Origin: Pachysolen tannophilus NRRL Y-2460
Lineage: Eukaryota
Length of the DNA stretch: 20,000 nt
Direction: 5' to 3'
Assembly: GCA_001661245.1 (NCBI GenBank)
Contig: KV454011.1
Span: forward strand, 785,345-805,344
Made by a program: the position numbers and the translations under genes. Shown one piece after another: positions 9,118 to 18,746 of this stretch; position 1 is the stretch's first letter; each line of letters begins with the position of its first letter. Under the pieces are notes generated by a model, which saw nothing but the letters and a program-made list of their open reading frames with translations, was not told the DNA's origin and searched no databases.

Positions 9118-9716
9118 TTTATGTCTCACAATTTCAGCAACGTCAATCCAATTCTATCCTCTGCCTATATTCACTTCAGCAGAAACAACGAAAATACAAA
9201 CACACTCTCACACAATCACCACATTAATATCTATAATATATATCAAACTAAATCAGTTAATTAAAAAGGAAGTCCATACAGCATAAAAGCAGTATCAGAT
9301 TTTAAAAAAATTATCAAATTATTTCCTAATTCGAAAAGTATTTATTTAGATTTCTAAATTGGGGAATATCTACAATTATTTCCTATTTTGGCTATTTCCT
9401 GATGTTTTTTAATTATATAATCCGTTGAAGATTTTTTATTATTGAAAAAAGTATTAGTATAACCGTTATCGTTAAGAGCAAAGATGGAAAAGAAAAAATA
9501 TTTGTAAAAAAACTAACCAAATAACCCAATAAGTAAATAAAGAGCAATAAAATAAAACCGTTATGCTATTTTTCGAAAAAATCACAAAATAAAACATATC
9601 AATAAGACACAAGAATAAAAAAAATAAAAAAAATTGAAAACATTAAAATGAGAAAAAAAAAAAAATGCAGTTGAGGCATACATCTATAATTACTGTATTA
9701 AGAAACAGCACAGAAT

Positions 9717-11066
9717 CTAATATCTGTAGTGGTCAGCCTTGTATGGACCTTCGATTGGAATACCCAAGTATTCAGCTTGAACTGTGGTCAATTTGTTTAA
9801 TTTGACACCAATATGGGACAAGTGTAATCTTGCAACAGTTTCATCCAAAATTTTTGGTAAAATATGGACACCAACGGTGAATGGACCAGTTTTTTCAAAT
9901 TCAACATATTTTTCTCTAAAAGCCTTGTTTCCAGCATTGAATAAAGCAATTTGAGCCAAGACTTGGTTTGAGAAAGAACATGACATGACAAATGAAGCAT
10001 GACCTGTAGCACAACCCAAGTTGACCAATCTACCTTCAGCTAATAAGATAATATGACGACCATTTTTCAATAAATAACGATCAACTTGTGGTTTGATGTT
10101 AACAACACTTTCTGCGTTGGTCTTTAACCAAGCAACATCAATTTCAATATCAAAATGACCAATGTTACAAACGATGGCATCTTCTGGCATTTTCTGGAAA
10201 TGTTCCCCAGTGATGATATCACGACAACCAGTGGTTGTGACAAAGACTTGACCAATTGAAGCAACTTCGTCTAATGGGGCAACTTGGTAACCTTCAACAC
10301 CAGCTTGTAAAGCATTGATTGGATCAACTTCAGAGATAATAACTCTTGCTCCCATACCTCTAAGTGCCATGGCACAACCTTTACCGACATCACCGTAACC
10401 AGCAACAACAGCAACTTTACCTGCCAACATAACATCGGTGGCACGTTTAATACCATCGATCAAGGATTCACGACAACCGTACAAGTTGTCAAATTTGGAT
10501 TTGGTGACAGAGTCATTGACGTTAATAGCTGGAACTTTCAATTTACCATCTTTAACCATCTTGTATAAATGATGGACACCAGTTGTAGTTTCTTCAGATA
10601 AACCGAAACAATCTTCCAACATTTCTGGATATTTTTCATGAACTAATGAGGTCAAATCACCACCATCATCCAAGATTAAGTTTAATTTCTTACCATCTTT
10701 GAAAGAAAATAATTGTTGTTCAATACACCACAAGTATTCTTCTTCAGTCTCACCTTTCCAAGCAAAAACTGGAACACCAGCTGCTGCAATGGCAGCAGCT
10801 GCATGGTCTTGAGTGGAAAAAATGTTACAAGAAGACCATGTAACTTCAGCACCTAAGGCAACTAAAGTCTCAATCAAAACAGCAGTTTGAATGGTCATGT
10901 GTAAACACCCAGCAATTCTTGCACCCTTCAATGGTTGTGATGGACCATACTTCTTTCTAATTTCCATCAAACCTGGCATTTCATTTTCGGATAATTCAAT
11001 TTCCTTTCTACCAAATGCAGCTAAGGAAATATCGGCAACTTTGTAAGATTGAGCTGGAGCGGACAT
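9717..11066 (-). CDS. SAH1: S-adenosyl-L-homocysteine hydrolase
   Basis: 449 aa; [62 protein letters not shown]-terminal [10 protein letters not shown]. Confidence 0.99.
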   Translation of the reverse strand: MSAPAQSYKVADISLAAFGRKEIELSENEMPGLMEIRKKYGPSQPLKGARIAGCLHMTIQTAVLIETLVALGAEVTWSSCNIFSTQDHAAAAIAAAGVPVFAWKGETEEEYLWCIEQQLFSFKDGKKLNLILDDGGDLTSLVHEKYPEMLEDCFGLSEETTTGVHHLYKMVKDGKLKVPAINVNDSVTKSKFDNLYGCRESLIDGIKRATDVMLAGKVAVVAGYGDVGKGCAMALRGMGARVIISEVDPINALQAGVEGYQVAPLDEVASIGQVFVTTTGCRDIITGEHFQKMPEDAIVCNIGHFDIEIDVAWLKTNAESVVNIKPQVDRYLLKNGRHIILLAEGRLVNLGCATGHASFVMSCSFSNQVLAQIALFNAGNKAFREKYVEFEKTGPFTVGVHILPKILDETVARLHLSHIGVKLNKLTTVQAEYLGIPIEGPYKADHYRY

Positions 11067-11378
11067 CGTTTGAAAAATATATATAATTTTCTTGATTCTA
11101 AAAGAATTGAAAGAAATAAATATTAAACAAAAAATATAAACTTGGCTTACGCCGTGTTTTTATTCAGATTTTTTTTTTTTTCACCTATTTTTTTTCACCT
11201 CTTTCTGACGAAAATTTTTCTCTTTTTTTTTTTTTTTTTTTTTTGTTTAAACGACAGACATGTGGTTTAGAGTTCCGACCTATAACCGATCCCTCGTTGT
11301 AGCTATAGTTTTAAGAGTAAACCTCAAATTAAAGTGAATCCCGTATTTTACAAATCCGAATTTTTTCGAGGTGGATGG

Positions 11379-11386
11379 CACGTGAT
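11379..11386 (-). promoter_or_regulatory. Cbf1-type site ATCACGTG in the SAH1 promoter
   Basis: CACGTGAT on + strand equals RTCACGTG on -, about 313 bp upstream of the SAH1 ATG; Cbf1 regulates sulfur/methionine-cycle genes in yeasts. Confidence 0.55.
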
Positions 11387-11773
11387 TGTGTTTTTTTTCT
11401 CTTGAAAGATTTTTTATTTCCCAACTTTAATTTTAATTATGTTTACCCGGAATTAGCATTATGTTTCAAACGTGTTGTTTAACTTTATTATTACATACAA
11501 ATTGATGAAATATATACGCTAAAAAGATAATAGTGAAAGGAAAAGAGACGGACAAGCAAAAAACATGAATAAAAAAAAATTCGAAATGAATTAATTGACC
11601 AAAAAAAAAAACCAAAACTTGAACGTAAACAAATTTAAAAAGTTACGAAAAAAAAAAGACAATCTGTTAAAAAAAAAAAAAATAATAATAATAATAATTG
11701 TCACAAACAAAATTCAAATTAAAATTAAAATAAAAATAAAAGATAAAAGTTAAAGTTAGAAGCTATTTGTAGC

Positions 11774-14109
11774 TCATGCTTCTTCTTCCAGCGGGGTTTC
11801 TGTCTCTTCTTGTACTGGCACTTCATCGTTTTGATTCTGTTCGGCCGAATCTTCTTGTTTTTCTTCTGGTTCTAATTCTGATTCTGATTCTGATTCTTCT
11901 TCTTCTTTGTTTATTTGAATAGGAATTTGGTCACTGTCATGGTGTAGGTCTCCTACAAGTTCAACATCTGGTAACTCTGTTGGTTCACTTTCTCCAAGGA
12001 ATCCTCCTTCCTCATCAACTGTGATGGTTTTAAGAATGGTTCTATGTTCAGTAACTTCTTCTTCCTCGTCATATCTATCTTCTTCATGGTCAATATCTTC
12101 GCGTTGTTCTTCTTGTTGGTGCTCTAAATTCACTTCATTGTTATTGAATTGTTCTTGTTCTTGTTCTTTTTCACCTTCAACTTCTTTCAAATGTCCTTCT
12201 TCTTGTTGTTTCTGTTCTTGTATTTTAGCTTCTCTTTCCTCTTTTTCTCTATATTGAAATTGCACGTTTGCCTTAGCTCTTAAAAGAGCTAAATATTGAC
12301 CAGACTCATTCAGTAAAAAGTATAGATTTTGAGTTATTCCATGAACAGCTTTTTTTAGTTCTTTTAATTCAGGGTCAAATGAGATGATCTTATCCTTGGT
12401 ATCATATATTTTATCTTTAATTTTATCAATCTTCTTCCAATTAGACCAATTTTCAAAATCTTCCGATTCTGTATCTAAATCTTGTTCTTCTATTTTTCCA
12501 TTTGCATTTTTCACAGCCATTAAAGTCCTTGAAAATTCTTGAATCGAAAAATCACCAAATTCCTCTAAAATTTCTAAAGTTTTGGATTTTTTCTTTGAAA
12601 TTTCTTGTAAAATTTTATTTGATTCTTCTTCTAAAAAAGTTTTAAGTTCATCTGAACCTTTAGCAAATTTTTCATTAGCTTCTGCAAGAATTTCCCTAAA
12701 ATCTTTTCTTGAAATATGAACTTTTTCTTCAGGACTCCTCTTTTTTTGTGCAATCTCTTCATCCATTCTGGTTTCATTGATTTTAAGTACTATGCCACCA
12801 ATTCTCTTGTAATCTTCATTAATGAACTTACTCAATTCTTGTAATTTTTTAGTTACTAAAGGTTGAAACTTCTCAATACCAGATTTTTCAATATCTCCTA
12901 CATCAGTGAAAAATTCATCAAGTGCAGCTTCACAAGTCTTAGAAACCAATAAATTCCAAGAATTTATCGATTTTGTAATGTCCACTTTTGTTGGAGTTGC
13001 ATGAACATTAACCGTTGGAGTTGTAGTCATTTTGCTTGCCGGTGATGATACAGAAGCAGTCAGATCAATATCAGATAATGAAGAAATTTGTTGCTCAGTG
13101 TCAATTAACGATGCTTCTTTATGATAAAGTTTTTGCTTGATTAACTTGTTCGAATTTTTAAAACTTGCTTGAACATTATTGCTTAATTGGAAACCTGCAT
13201 CAAATATCTTATTAAATTCGCTTTTAATAAAATTTTTTTTAACTTCAACATCTTCCAAATAATTGTTTGGAGTTAATCCTTTATAAATATTTTTGAAAAA
13301 ATTTGAAATCCTTATATAAAATGATGATTCAGTGATTTCTAAAAAAAAAAATAAACTTTGTCAACTACAACATCTAATTTCGACAACTTGTAATATGTTG
13401 TTAAAGTTGGCCTGATTGATTTATTGAAAAACTCAATCACTGCTGGCTTAACAACATTGAAAAAATAAGCATGTACTGTATTGTAAAACTCCATTAATTT
13501 AGGCTCAATAACATCATTTTTATACTTGATAACATTGTTTAAAAAAGTAAACATTTTAGGAACATATACTGTATCCAATTGATACTTCACTATCAATGAA
13601 AGTTCATAGATTTCCAGCTTCAATATACGTAAGTAGTATAAGACATTCAGTGACAGCTTGTTATAAAATTCAAGTAATTGTGGATGTATATATTGATTAT
13701 AGTAAACATACAGTTTCAGTAAAATTGGAGAAATTTTTTCATTGAATGGCACGAAAACATTTTTATCAGCAACCAGGTAATATCTTTTAGCACCATCGCT
13801 AATTGAATCAACCGACTCCAACAAGTATTCATTATAAATAGAAGTTGACTTTGCTGCAAGAGGTTTAAAAGCCTTATCATTCAATTCAGTAAAATAAGGT
13901 TCAACAAACTTATCAATAGGCTCATAGTAAGGCCTTATAAAATCAGCCGACTGATGAAGTGGATAACATAACTTTGCACTGTTCGAACGTAAGTCTTCAG
14001 TTAATGGACATTCGTAAAATGACAAATATGCCAAGTAAAGAATTATCACGCTGTTTATTGTTGTTAGTATTTTAATCAAAGCAAACAGTTTTAGAGATGA
14101 AACCCCCAT
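11774..14109 (-). CDS. SHE10: Outer spore wall assembly protein She10/Osw7; one gene split by a frameshift at 13341-13351 (778 aa if repaired)
   Basis: Upstream ORF has the N-terminal TM segment, Cys pair and P-spaced amphipathic repeats; downstream ORF has She10 motifs ISRKDFRE, LEEFGD..QEFSR, NWKK..IK.KI, ESGQYLALLRAKANVQFQYRE (S. cerevisiae [21 protein letters not shown], recalled). One extra T in the T11 run fuses the two. Divergent from a SAP gene, as in S. cerevisiae. Confidence 0.88.
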
Positions 14110-14539
14110 TTTTCACTTACTTAGCAAATAGAAATTTAGAACGGCCAAATAATAAAGCCATATTCGATTAAAAATCACCTTCTGATATCTATCAATCAAT
14201 CAACCTATTACTCTGTCTCTCGTGGTAATGATATAATTTGTTCTTTTTGAATTATCATTAATTATTACCTTTTTCTTTTTTACTTCCTTTTTGTTTTGAT
14301 TTTAATTTTAAATTTTTTTTTATTTTTTTATTTTTTTACCTCATTTTCACTCCGAAACCGTCAGCATTAATTACTAAGAGAAACAAAACCTCTTTTAAGA
14401 TTTAATAATACCGATAGAGAAAATAGCAATACTTTCTTCAATTGGATCTACCTGTCATAATTTATCATTTTAATGTTTTTAATTGTATAGAAAATTTTTG
14501 CTGGCAGAAATATATTGATGGAAGTTGGGAAAGGTTGCA

Positions 14540-17279
14540 ATGTTTGGAATATTTGAAAACTCGCAAGTAGAGATTAATAAGATATTAGTTCAAATTGATC
14601 TAGATGAAAGAACAATTCCATTAGCCGGTACGGATCAGCAGGAACATAATAATAATAATAATAATAATAACAATAATAAAAGTAGTGATAATAATGATGT
14701 TCGATCTGATCATAGCAATTCATCGGCCACGCCTGCTATGCAATTATTGCAATCAATACGAGAATCACAAATAGAATCTGATGAAGACGAATCGGAATTA
14801 GCCGATGATGGGAATGACAGTTTTCAATCCACTAAGACTAAAAAACTTAATATAGATTTGTTGAATAAGCTATTACTTCAGCCGTCTTTAGTTCAGGAGG
14901 TTGATATAGGGAAAAATCAAAAATTATTGACTTATATATGCAGAGATGATGTCTTGAATGTTTTAATCGATAACTTGATAGAATCGGTTCCATTTTTTGA
15001 AAAGCTTTTTTATGAAGATCAAAATGAAACTCCAAATCAAACAACACAGCAACTAGATGATCAGGAATCTTTAGAAGAATCACCTGATGATCAATATAGG
15101 AGAAGGGCTACTACATCCGGAGAACTTCTAGCTCTCAAAAGAGTATCACTGAAATTATTAACGTCATCGACTGATAAGACAATAATTAAAAGACAACAGT
15201 TTGATAATTTCAAATTACTTTCCAAGATTTGGAATAGCATTCTCGATAAAGAATTTACTGTAGATAATTTGGCAAATGTTTCACTTTTTATCAGTATAAT
15301 AGAAAGTTTGATAGATTTAAATGTTAATGAATTTATGAATTTTATCCGCCAAAATCAAGAAAATCGATTATTAGTGGATCAGATATTAAAACATGTGAAA
15401 ATATCCCCCTTTATGGATTTATTAATAAAATTTATTAGTTATGACAAAAGTGATTCACCTATAGGCTTGATTGAGATTTTAAAAGAGCAAAATTTAATAT
15501 TGAAGTTGTTAGATCTTTTGAAAACAGATTCAATAATTACACAAACTTCAATTGGTGATTTTTTAAAAAATTTAATCACAATTAGTGCAAATACTCCTGC
15601 TTTATACGATGTTGATCCAGAAAATGCAAATAGTAGTGACTCTTCGTTAATCGGACCTAATGATTTGACAAGAGCATTGATCAGTGAAGAAGGATCAAAA
15701 AGATTATTTTATCTAACTTTATCTGGAGGACATGCCTTAACTACGTGCGTTGGTATCATTATTGAAGTTATTAGAAAGAATAACTCAGACTATGACAGTA
15801 TTGATGTCCTAGATGATGATTACTCAAATAGCCCACCTAGCAGTAGAGATCCAATATATCTTGGTGTCATGTTAGCTAGGTTTAGCAGCGGTTTGAAAAT
15901 ATTGACTGATCGTTACCTAAAAAACTATGAAGCGGCAATGTTACCTACAACTATTGGTGAACTAGAACCCGTCGGTTTCGAAAGATTCAAAATTGTTGAG
16001 TTAATTGCTGAATTGTTGCATTGTTCAAATATGCATTTAATGAATAATATGGGAAGTGATGAAATCATTAAGAAAAGAGAAAGATTTAGAAATAACAAAT
16101 TTGAATTGATGACAGATGCTTTGAACAAAAGTATAACTGACGAGAGACTCGATTTCATGCTAGATGATTTAGAAACTGATGAAAAATCGCAGCATACGGT
16201 TAATGACCTAACAAGTAAATTTTCTTCTTCTCTTGGTTCAGGGGTAATTGGTGGTGGTGATGGTAGTAAGAGCTTGGTAGATGTGGAAAAATTAACTAAT
16301 GAAATTCGAAATTTTTCAATCAACGAAGATTCTGAAAAAAATGCAAATACTAGCAGTGATGAAGTTCCGATATTTGACGAATACCCTTCAAAAGAGTTAA
16401 CAATTGGAGATTTTTTCAAAAAACAATTGATCAAAGCAAATGTTTTAAAATTTGTCTTAGATATGTTAAAAAAGTTTCCGTGGAATAATTTCTTGCATAA
16501 TGTTATATTTGATATTGCTCAGCAAGTTTTTAATGGCAGATTTGATAACTCAAATACGAACAAATTTTTAATTCATGAATTGTTTAAAAAAGACCGCTGT
16601 TTTATTACAAATTTGATTATAGATCGATACAATGACTCTGTTGAGCTGGAAAAAAATTTAAATCTTCGGCTAGGTTACATGGGACATTTGATCTTAATAA
16701 GTGAAGAATTGGTAAAATTTTCAAGCCTTATTTATACAAATTACCATTCATTTCCTGAAAAAGATGAAAATACTCAAAAAAATGACACTTTTGAGAGCAA
16801 GAACAGTAGCGACATTATCATAATCAATCAAGAAATTTACGATATAATAAATGAAGACAACTGGGTGAATTTTGTGAATAAAGAGCTCGCTTTCATAAGG
16901 GATCTGTACAATCAGGTTCTTGGAGGTATTAAACCAGAGGATTGTGAACCTTTTGTGAATCCAAATGCCATTTTGTTAGGGAATGGAGAAACAACAGGCG
17001 AACTAGCTGTAGAAGATAATGATGACTATGATGATAATAGTAATCTCATTGATAGTATCAATAATTTTAATGGTGGCAATGATGGTAGAGAAGAGTTCGA
17101 AGACGGTGAAGACAATGAAGATTATGTAAGCAACGATGATGGCATGTTGAAATTGCAAGTGATTGATGCACAAGGAAGAGATATTGACATCAACGGTAAT
17201 GATGATGCATCCTTAGATAATGATAATGATGAAATTGATGATAATAATATTAATAATAACGATAATAATAATAACAGTA

Positions 17280-17310
<31 letters not shown>

Positions 17311-17470
17311 TGCTGTTGAAGAAGATAGTGGAAATTTTAACGATGAATTATATCCGGTCACAAGTCATAATGCTGGAAATGACAAAGATGAAATACAAGA
17401 ACATCAGACTATCCTAAGTGTTAATAGAAACAACAACAACACCAATAATATTGGTGATAACAGTAACTAA
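14540..17470 (+). CDS. SAP155: SIT4 phosphatase-associated protein (SAPS family), Sap155/Sap4-type
   Basis: First ATG at 14540 (976 aa); GPNDLTRAL, GIIIEVIRKNNSDYD, RDPIYLG, GFERFKIVELIAELLHCSNM, FPWNNFLHNVIFD, RLGYMGHL; acidic/Asn-rich tail. The family is clear; the paralogue is assigned from synteny with SHE10/OSW7. Confidence 0.85.
14648..14677 (+). repeat. (AAT)n microsatellite encoding Asn10
   Basis: (AAT)7 AAC (AAT)2 in frame. Confidence 0.9.
17243..17311 (+). repeat. Interrupted (AAT)n microsatellite encoding poly-Asn
   Basis: NNINNNDNNNNSNSNNNNNNNNN; perfect (AAT)9 at 17285-17311. Confidence 0.9.
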
Positions 17471-17823
17471 TTTTTGTTGATTTTTCGAATTACAGTTATT
17501 TAAAATGCTAGAGAAGGAATGTTTAGGAACGCTCAAAGTAAAAAAAAGTTTTGCTATATCTTGATACCTCTCGATATATATATACATATACATTTATATA
17601 TGTATTCATGATATTTATTTATTCAGTAATGTTGTATGTCATTGAACTTTTAATGTAGATCGTAAGAATATTTTTAACCTCTGCAATTTCTTACACATAA
17701 AGGTAGTGAATCCATCAAATCTGAATAGTTTTTTCTAGGAATTAATTAATTTACGATAAAAATCATAAATCAAGTAGATCAAGATAAAGAAAGACCAGAA
17801 ACTAATCAAACATCAAATTGAAA

Positions 17824-18411
17824 ATGGGTTTCAAATATTTAATTCCAAAAAGCAGTAAAATACTTTTCATTGGTGAAATTTTGGTATTAACTGCATTACA
17901 ATGGAAATTTACTGTTTTTCCTTTTTGGTTTCAAAATAATAACTATTCTGTCTCAAGTATTTTTTTGATTATTTTTATTGTACTTTCGAACGTATTTATT
18001 ATTTTTTTATGGGCCATAAATTATCTTAGTTTTATTGATAATTCAACTCCTATACTTGATGAAGTCATTATTAGAGAATATTTAGAATTGAGACCATCAA
18101 GGGATTTGGATCCAGCGGTTAGTAGACGAAAATGGGAAAAAATTGCTCAATCAGCAACCTTAAGTGTCACAAAATCATTAGACTTAACACCAAAAGATTA
18201 TTCGTACAGTCATTTGGATTGCAAAAATCGGTTCAGAGAAATTATTAGAAAGTTTGATAATAAATTGTCCGGTCCGTACGTCACAAAGAATTTGAATGAA
18301 ATAAGAGGTTTCGATAAGGTTTTGATGGTAGCTTTGAACATGTGGAAGGATGATACAGAGCTGAAATTTGAAAAATTGAATAAAGACTTTGATAAGTATG
18401 TATCAAAATAA
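17824..18411 (+). CDS. Hypothetical 195-aa membrane protein, two N-terminal TM segments plus DUP240/COS-like cytosolic domain
   Basis: ATG at 17824 in AAAATGG context; hydrophobic segments ILFIGEILVLTAL and IFLIIFIVLSNVFIIFLWAI; then EYLELRP...KWEKIA...YSHLDCKNRFR, reminiscent of the DUP-domain pattern E..P..W..IA...FY...C..FF. Confidence 0.65.
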   Translation: MGFKYLIPKSSKILFIGEILVLTALQWKFTVFPFWFQNNNYSVSSIFLIIFIVLSNVFIIFLWAINYLSFIDNSTPILDEVIIREYLELRPSRDLDPAVSRRKWEKIAQSATLSVTKSLDLTPKDYSYSHLDCKNRFREIIRKFDNKLSGPYVTKNLNEIRGFDKVLMVALNMWKDDTELKFEKLNKDFDKYVSK

Positions 18412-18647
18412 AACACGAGCGATAGAATTAAGTAATATTTCCTTTTCTGCATTATAACTGTACTCAAGAAAGATTATTATAGTGTTTTATAATTTTTTAC
18501 TGATGAACTAGGAACTGTCATTTATAAATCAAAAGTTCTGTGAGTGCAGATGTGAATACACGAACCATCCATGGCACTACCTTTCCTTCGCTTAAAGGCA
18601 GATTTAAGGATCATAAGCCGTGAGCAATTTTGCTAAAATAACAAAAA

Positions 18648-18729
18648 GGATGTGTGGCCGAGAGGTCTAAGGCGTCTGACTCAAGATCAGATCTCGAAAG
18701 AGGCGCGAGTTCGAACCTCGTCGCATCCA
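18648..18729 (+). tRNA. tRNA-Leu(CAA), intronless, type II
   Basis: Acceptor GGATGTG/CGCATCC plus discriminator A; D arm TGGCCGAGAGGTCTAAGGC; anticodon stem TCTGA/TCAGA with loop CT-CAA-GA (18682-18684); long variable arm CTC-GAAA-GAG; T arm GCGAG-TTCGAAC-CTCGT. Confidence 0.97.
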
Positions 18730-18735
18730 TTGTTA

Positions 18736-18746
18736 TTTTTTTTTTT
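18736..18746 (+). terminator. RNA polymerase III oligo-dT terminator
   Basis: T11 starting 7 nt after the tRNA 3' end. Confidence 0.85.

Noticed and set aside
9077..9286. 69-aa plus-strand ORF
   Set aside because: GTG start, antisense to the VID30 5' end and leader; no recognisable features.
11774..13258. Treating the 494-aa ORF as a separate gene
   Set aside because: It starts at TTG and is the C-terminal part of She10; its frame is open back to the T11 run.
13312..13341. Stop-codon readthrough or an intron as the SHE10 repair
   Set aside because: Readthrough of TAG meets TAA nine codons later; no GTATGT/GTAAGT donor with a branch point spans the site.
1303..17417. Short antisense or off-frame ORFs nested in real genes (e.g. 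1303-1536, 2146-2385, 3607-3792, 3901-4098, 4009-4212, 4229-4528, 4294-4629, 6174-6386, 6869-7102, 8501-8701, 9797-10012, 10271-10456, 12021-12257, 14847-15083, 15925-16434, 17122-17361, 17220-17417)
   Set aside because: Shadows of codon bias or of charged and poly-Asn repeats in the conserved genes; no independent motifs.
18210..18467. 85-aa minus-strand ORF
   Set aside because: Non-ATG start and antisense to the 195-aa membrane protein gene.
18500..18540. CTGATGA as a hammerhead ribozyme core or snoRNA box C
   Set aside because: No stem II followed by GAAA, and no box D CTGA or terminal stem at a suitable distance outside the tRNA.
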